A stretch of DNA of 37,634 nt from a virus (lineage: Duplodnaviria; Caudoviricetes), in IMG/VR virus record IMGVR_UViG_3300027863_000091, positions 1-37,634 of that record; one strand, 5' to 3'. A program made the position numbers and the translations under genes. Below are positions 34,940-37,634 of this stretch, piece after piece; within the stretch, counting starts at the first letter, position 1; each line of letters begins with the position of its first letter. The notes beneath the pieces were generated by a model. That model saw only the letters and a list, made by a program, of their open reading frames with translations, did not search any database and was not told the DNA's origin.

Positions 34940-35143
34940 TCAGGCAACATGACCACCCCCTTTCGGGCGGGCGGCCTGGCGGCCTTTCTTACGGGTCACT
35001 CGCCACCCGAGGCGGTCAAGCTCTCGGCGGGCTTCGGCGGCGGCCTCAACATCCCCCCTCGCTTCGGCGATTTCGAGGGTCAGGAACCAGTTCGACGCCT
35101 GATCCTCAGGGCGTTGTGGCCGCGGATTTCGATCTTTGCTCAT
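34940..35143 (-). CDS. Small hypothetical protein, 67 aa
   Basis: GAGGA RBS; WFLTLEIAEARGDVEAAAEARRELDRLGWRV resembles small proteins I associate with planctomycete mobile elements. Confidence 0.6.
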   Translation of the reverse strand: MSKDRNPRPQRPEDQASNWFLTLEIAEARGDVEAAAEARRELDRLGWRVTRKKGRQAARPKGGGHVA

Positions 35144-35198
35144 CGGGTTGATCCTCGGGGCGCCAACGACCATCGAGGGCGTCCCGTAGGATCAGGGC

Positions 35199-35311
35199 CG
35201 ATTCAACCTTGCGTTGGGGTTGGAACGGCGTAAGTGATTCGTGGGCAATGGGAAGAAAATCTGAGATTCAACCACGGATTCAACTTTCAACCCACGTCTA
35301 AGGTTGAATCG
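35199..35311. repeat. GATTCAAC repeat cluster bounded by a perfect 12-bp inverted repeat
   Basis: CGATTCAACCTT (35199-35210) and AAGGTTGAATCG (35300-35311); direct GATTCAAC copies at 35265 and 35277. Confidence 0.7.
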
Positions 35312-36168
35312 TCCGGGCAGTCGGCAACCCCTTCGACCTTCCACCCGCGCCGGATTCTTCGCGCACAGGCGGCTTCATATTCCTTCATGAACTCGGGCGA
35401 CTTGTAAAGGTTTTGGGCGGTGCAAGCGACGTAGGGATCACCGGCGATATCCTCAACCCGGATCGATTCCCTCGCCGTCTTGGCTCGATAACTCAAGAGC
35501 ACGAGGGCTCGCTGAACCTTGCTGATCCGCCTCGGGCGTCGGGCTCGCTTCGGTTTGGCGTCCGCGCCGGCGGCCTGGCGGCCCGGTGACTCGCCGGCGG
35601 CCTCGGTCGCCTCACTCAAGAGCCGGCCAAGGATCAAGGCCGATGCCTCGAACGCGCCGCATTCCAGGGCGTGGGCCAATGCGCCTCCACTCAGCTTGAA
35701 GCTTCCGACGCAGGGGGTCGATCGCAGTCCGGGCGGCGCGCCGGGCCGCTCCCTCGCTTGCCGATGGAGAAACAGTAGCCATTCCCTGGCGTGGTAGCCT
35801 CTGATCCACGCGTCCGGGACGTGAACCCACGGCGCGGTGAGGTCGGGGGGCGGTTCGGTCGGCTGGAAGATGCCGTGTTTGCTCAGCATCCCGATCGCCG
35901 TCCCCGCCAGCGTCCCGAGGGCGTCAATGGCGGCCCGGAGTCGCCGGTGGTCACTGTCGATGAACACCCAGATCCGACCGTGTTCCTTGTCGGTATGCGC
36001 GATAGTTCTTCCCCCCTCGATGACAGGGGGGACGTCCATCACGTCGGGCAGGTCGCTCGCTTCGATCAGAACTGCCCGCAAGCCAGGGTGGCGGCCGGCC
36101 TCTTCGCGGAATCGGGATCGGAAATGTTCGAGCGCGGCGCGGGCGTCCGCAACGGTATCGATTGGCAT
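35287..36168 (-). CDS. Protein with a C-terminal HTH-like domain, in the repressor position
   Basis: KVQRALVLL...IRVEDIA...CTAQNLYKSPEF; divergent from the Cro-like gene; start ATG 36168 preferred over 36399. Confidence 0.6.
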   Translation of the reverse strand: MPIDTVADARAALEHFRSRFREEAGRHPGLRAVLIEASDLPDVMDVPPVIEGGRTIAHTDKEHGRIWVFIDSDHRRLRAAIDALGTLAGTAIGMLSKHGIFQPTEPPPDLTAPWVHVPDAWIRGYHAREWLLFLHRQARERPGAPPGLRSTPCVGSFKLSGGALAHALECGAFEASALILGRLLSEATEAAGESPGRQAAGADAKPKRARRPRRISKVQRALVLLSYRAKTARESIRVEDIAGDPYVACTAQNLYKSPEFMKEYEAACARRIRRGWKVEGVADCPDDSTLDVG

Positions 36169-36348
36169 GACGTGTCCCCAGATGGCGGGCCGGACCGACC
36201 AGTGCGGTCTGGGGTCCGCACCGGCCGATCCGCTTCGGGCCTGGCGGTGTCGACTCCGCCAGGCCACCCGACCGTTCGAATGTACAGCACGGCGGCTCCG
36301 CTGGTAAAGTGGACACGTAGAGCCGCGCAAATCTGTTTCGGTCCTCTC

Positions 36349-36377
36349 TTGCTTCTTGATCACAGCGGGCATATAGT
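36349..36377 (+). promoter_or_regulatory. Rightward early sigma-70 promoter
   Basis: TTGCTT-N17-TATAGT, followed by ACAAGTG at 36396-36402. Confidence 0.7.
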
Positions 36378-36419
36378 CTGGTGGTTGGGAGGCACACAAG
36401 TGAGTCTCAGGAGGCCACT

Positions 36420-36626
36420 GTGTCCACGAGCCTAGTCACGATCCGCCACGCTGCGAAGGCTCTGAGGCGAGCTCAACATCTGGTCTCGGGTGTCGCGATC
36501 GGGCTGCGTGTCCCGATTGTCCCCGGAGGTCGAGGGAGGTTAATCAACCCCTGCGACGTCGAGCAAATCCGGCGCCGGCTGGCCGAGCATGAGGCGTATC
36601 CGTCCGAGACGGCCACCAGAGAGTGA
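36420..36626 (+). CDS. Cro/excisionase-like small DNA-binding protein
   Basis: AGGAGG RBS; VTIRHAAKALRR...GRGRLINPCDVEQI has a MerR/Xis-like pattern. Confidence 0.55.
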   Translation: MSTSLVTIRHAAKALRRAQHLVSGVAIGLRVPIVPGGRGRLINPCDVEQIRRRLAEHEAYPSETATRE

Positions 36627-36651
36627 TCCGCCGCAGATCGAGTTCTGTTGT

Positions 36652-36673
36652 GCCCGAATCACGTGATTCGGGC
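36652..36673. promoter_or_regulatory. Perfect 22-bp palindrome (operator or parS-like site)
   Basis: GCCCGAATCACGTGATTCGGGC, intergenic. Confidence 0.6.
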
Positions 36674-36710
36674 GGGGATAATGGTACGTACGCATCGAGG
36701 AGGGACGACG

Positions 36711-37058
36711 ATGGACGTTTGGAGGGCGATCGAGCGGTACCGGGACGCGCTGGCCGGGCAAAAGACAGCGTACCAGAAATACCGCGAGGCCGACGAGCGG
36801 CTCGATGCGGCCGAGCTGGCGCTGCGGGAGATCCTGGAGCGCGACGGCTGTCCGCCGCTGGCGCACGAGGCCAACGGGACGACCTACCTCGTCCAGCTCG
36901 ACGACGACGACGTGGCGATGACGCCGCTCCACAGCTCGCTCGACCCCCTGCCCGAGCCGACCCGGTCGCAGCCGATCGCAGCCGAGGCCGCGACGGACGA
37001 CGACGGGGGCGACCTCGACAAGCGGATCGTGCTGTTCGCGCCGAAGCAGGTGCCCTGA
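36711..37058 (+). CDS. Hypothetical acidic protein, 115 aa
   Basis: GAGGAGG RBS. Confidence 0.7.
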   Translation: MDVWRAIERYRDALAGQKTAYQKYREADERLDAAELALREILERDGCPPLAHEANGTTYLVQLDDDDVAMTPLHSSLDPLPEPTRSQPIAAEAATDDDGGDLDKRIVLFAPKQVP

Positions 37059-37135
37059 GAGCTCATTCGGGCTATCCCGCCGCCCAGACCGGCCCGACCG
37101 GGCGGCAGCATCACGAGGGCCGAGGGGATCGATCA

Positions 37136-37414
37136 ATGTCAAAGACGAAGACTGATACGAGGCCCACGCAAATCGTCGTGGCCGACCGGGGGTTCGCGTA
37201 TGTCGGCCTGGTCGATCTGACGGCCGACTGGGTCATCGTGAGCGAGGCGCGGAATATCCGCTACTGGGGCACCACACGAGGGCTCGGCCAGCTCGCGCTC
37301 GAGGGGCCGACATCCTCGACGCAACTGGACGACGCGGGCACCGTGCGCATCCCCGTCCGTGCGGTCATCTCCCTGATTGATACGGAGGGCCGGCTGTGGA
37401 CTCGCAAGAGCTGA
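37136..37414 (+). CDS. DUF6948-like small beta-barrel phage protein
   Basis: IVVADRGFAYVG...ARNIRYWGTTRGLGQLALEGP motif; followed by the Gly-Tyr repeat gene. Confidence 0.7.
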   Translation: MSKTKTDTRPTQIVVADRGFAYVGLVDLTADWVIVSEARNIRYWGTTRGLGQLALEGPTSSTQLDDAGTVRIPVRAVISLIDTEGRLWTRKS

Positions 37415-37634
37415 TCCTGACGCTTGACGGCTCCGGCGACGCCTGCGGCTCCGGCGACGGCTATGGCTGCGGCTACGGCTACGGCTACGGCTACATCTCC
37501 GGCTACGGCGACGGCTACGGCTACGGCGACGGCCACGGCTCCGGTTACGGCGGCGGCTACAGCTCCGGCTACGGCTACGGCGACGGCGATGGCTACGGCT
37601 GCGGCTACGGCTACGGCGACGGCGATGGCTACGG
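37396..37634 (+). CDS. Gly-Tyr/Gly-Asp repeat protein, 5' part (ends at nt 70)
   Basis: GGAGG RBS at 37384 and GTG start; MDSQELILTLDGSGDACGSGDGYGCGYGYGY... Confidence 0.75.
   Translation, partial: MDSQELILTLDGSGDACGSGDGYGCGYGYGYGYISGYGDGYGYGDGHGSGYGGGYSSGYGYGDGDGYGCGYGYGDGDGY

Noticed and set aside
37396-37634. Diversity-generating retroelement variable region (NNC codon variation)
   Set aside because: There is no reverse transcriptase and no AAC-rich template repeat in the window; slippage and point mutation explain the pattern.

Overview
This high-GC window (roughly two-thirds GC by eye) reads as an essentially complete, circularly permuted genome of a tailed phage with a siphovirus-like tail module. 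The first and last 39 nt are near-identical and split one Gly-Tyr/Gly-Asp repeat gene. The + strand runs: early, recombination and replication genes (SSAP, LexA-type DNA-binding domain, broken RimI-like acetyltransferase, sigma-70 factor, ParB-like protein, initiator with iterons, DnaB, resolvase, CsrA); a promoter-bounded accessory cassette; lysis; packaging; head; tail; and a second sigma factor. A leftward accessory block and a divergent HTH/Cro-like switch follow. I see no integrase. Several proteins resemble Planctomycetota families, so that host is my inference. The most notable unexplained signals are: (1) a solitary 37-nt type I-G-like CRISPR repeat at 4453-4489 with no array or cas genes, a candidate RNA anti-CRISPR; (2) three consensus sigma-70 promoters sharing an ACAAGTG hairpin leader at the same spacing, two of them driving acr-aca-like cassettes; (3) a kissing-loop RNA element upstream of the major capsid gene; (4) a duplicated virion-morphogenesis protein fused to an HExxH metallopeptidase, with a putative immunity gene downstream. 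All family assignments come from motif recognition by eye; no database searches were run.
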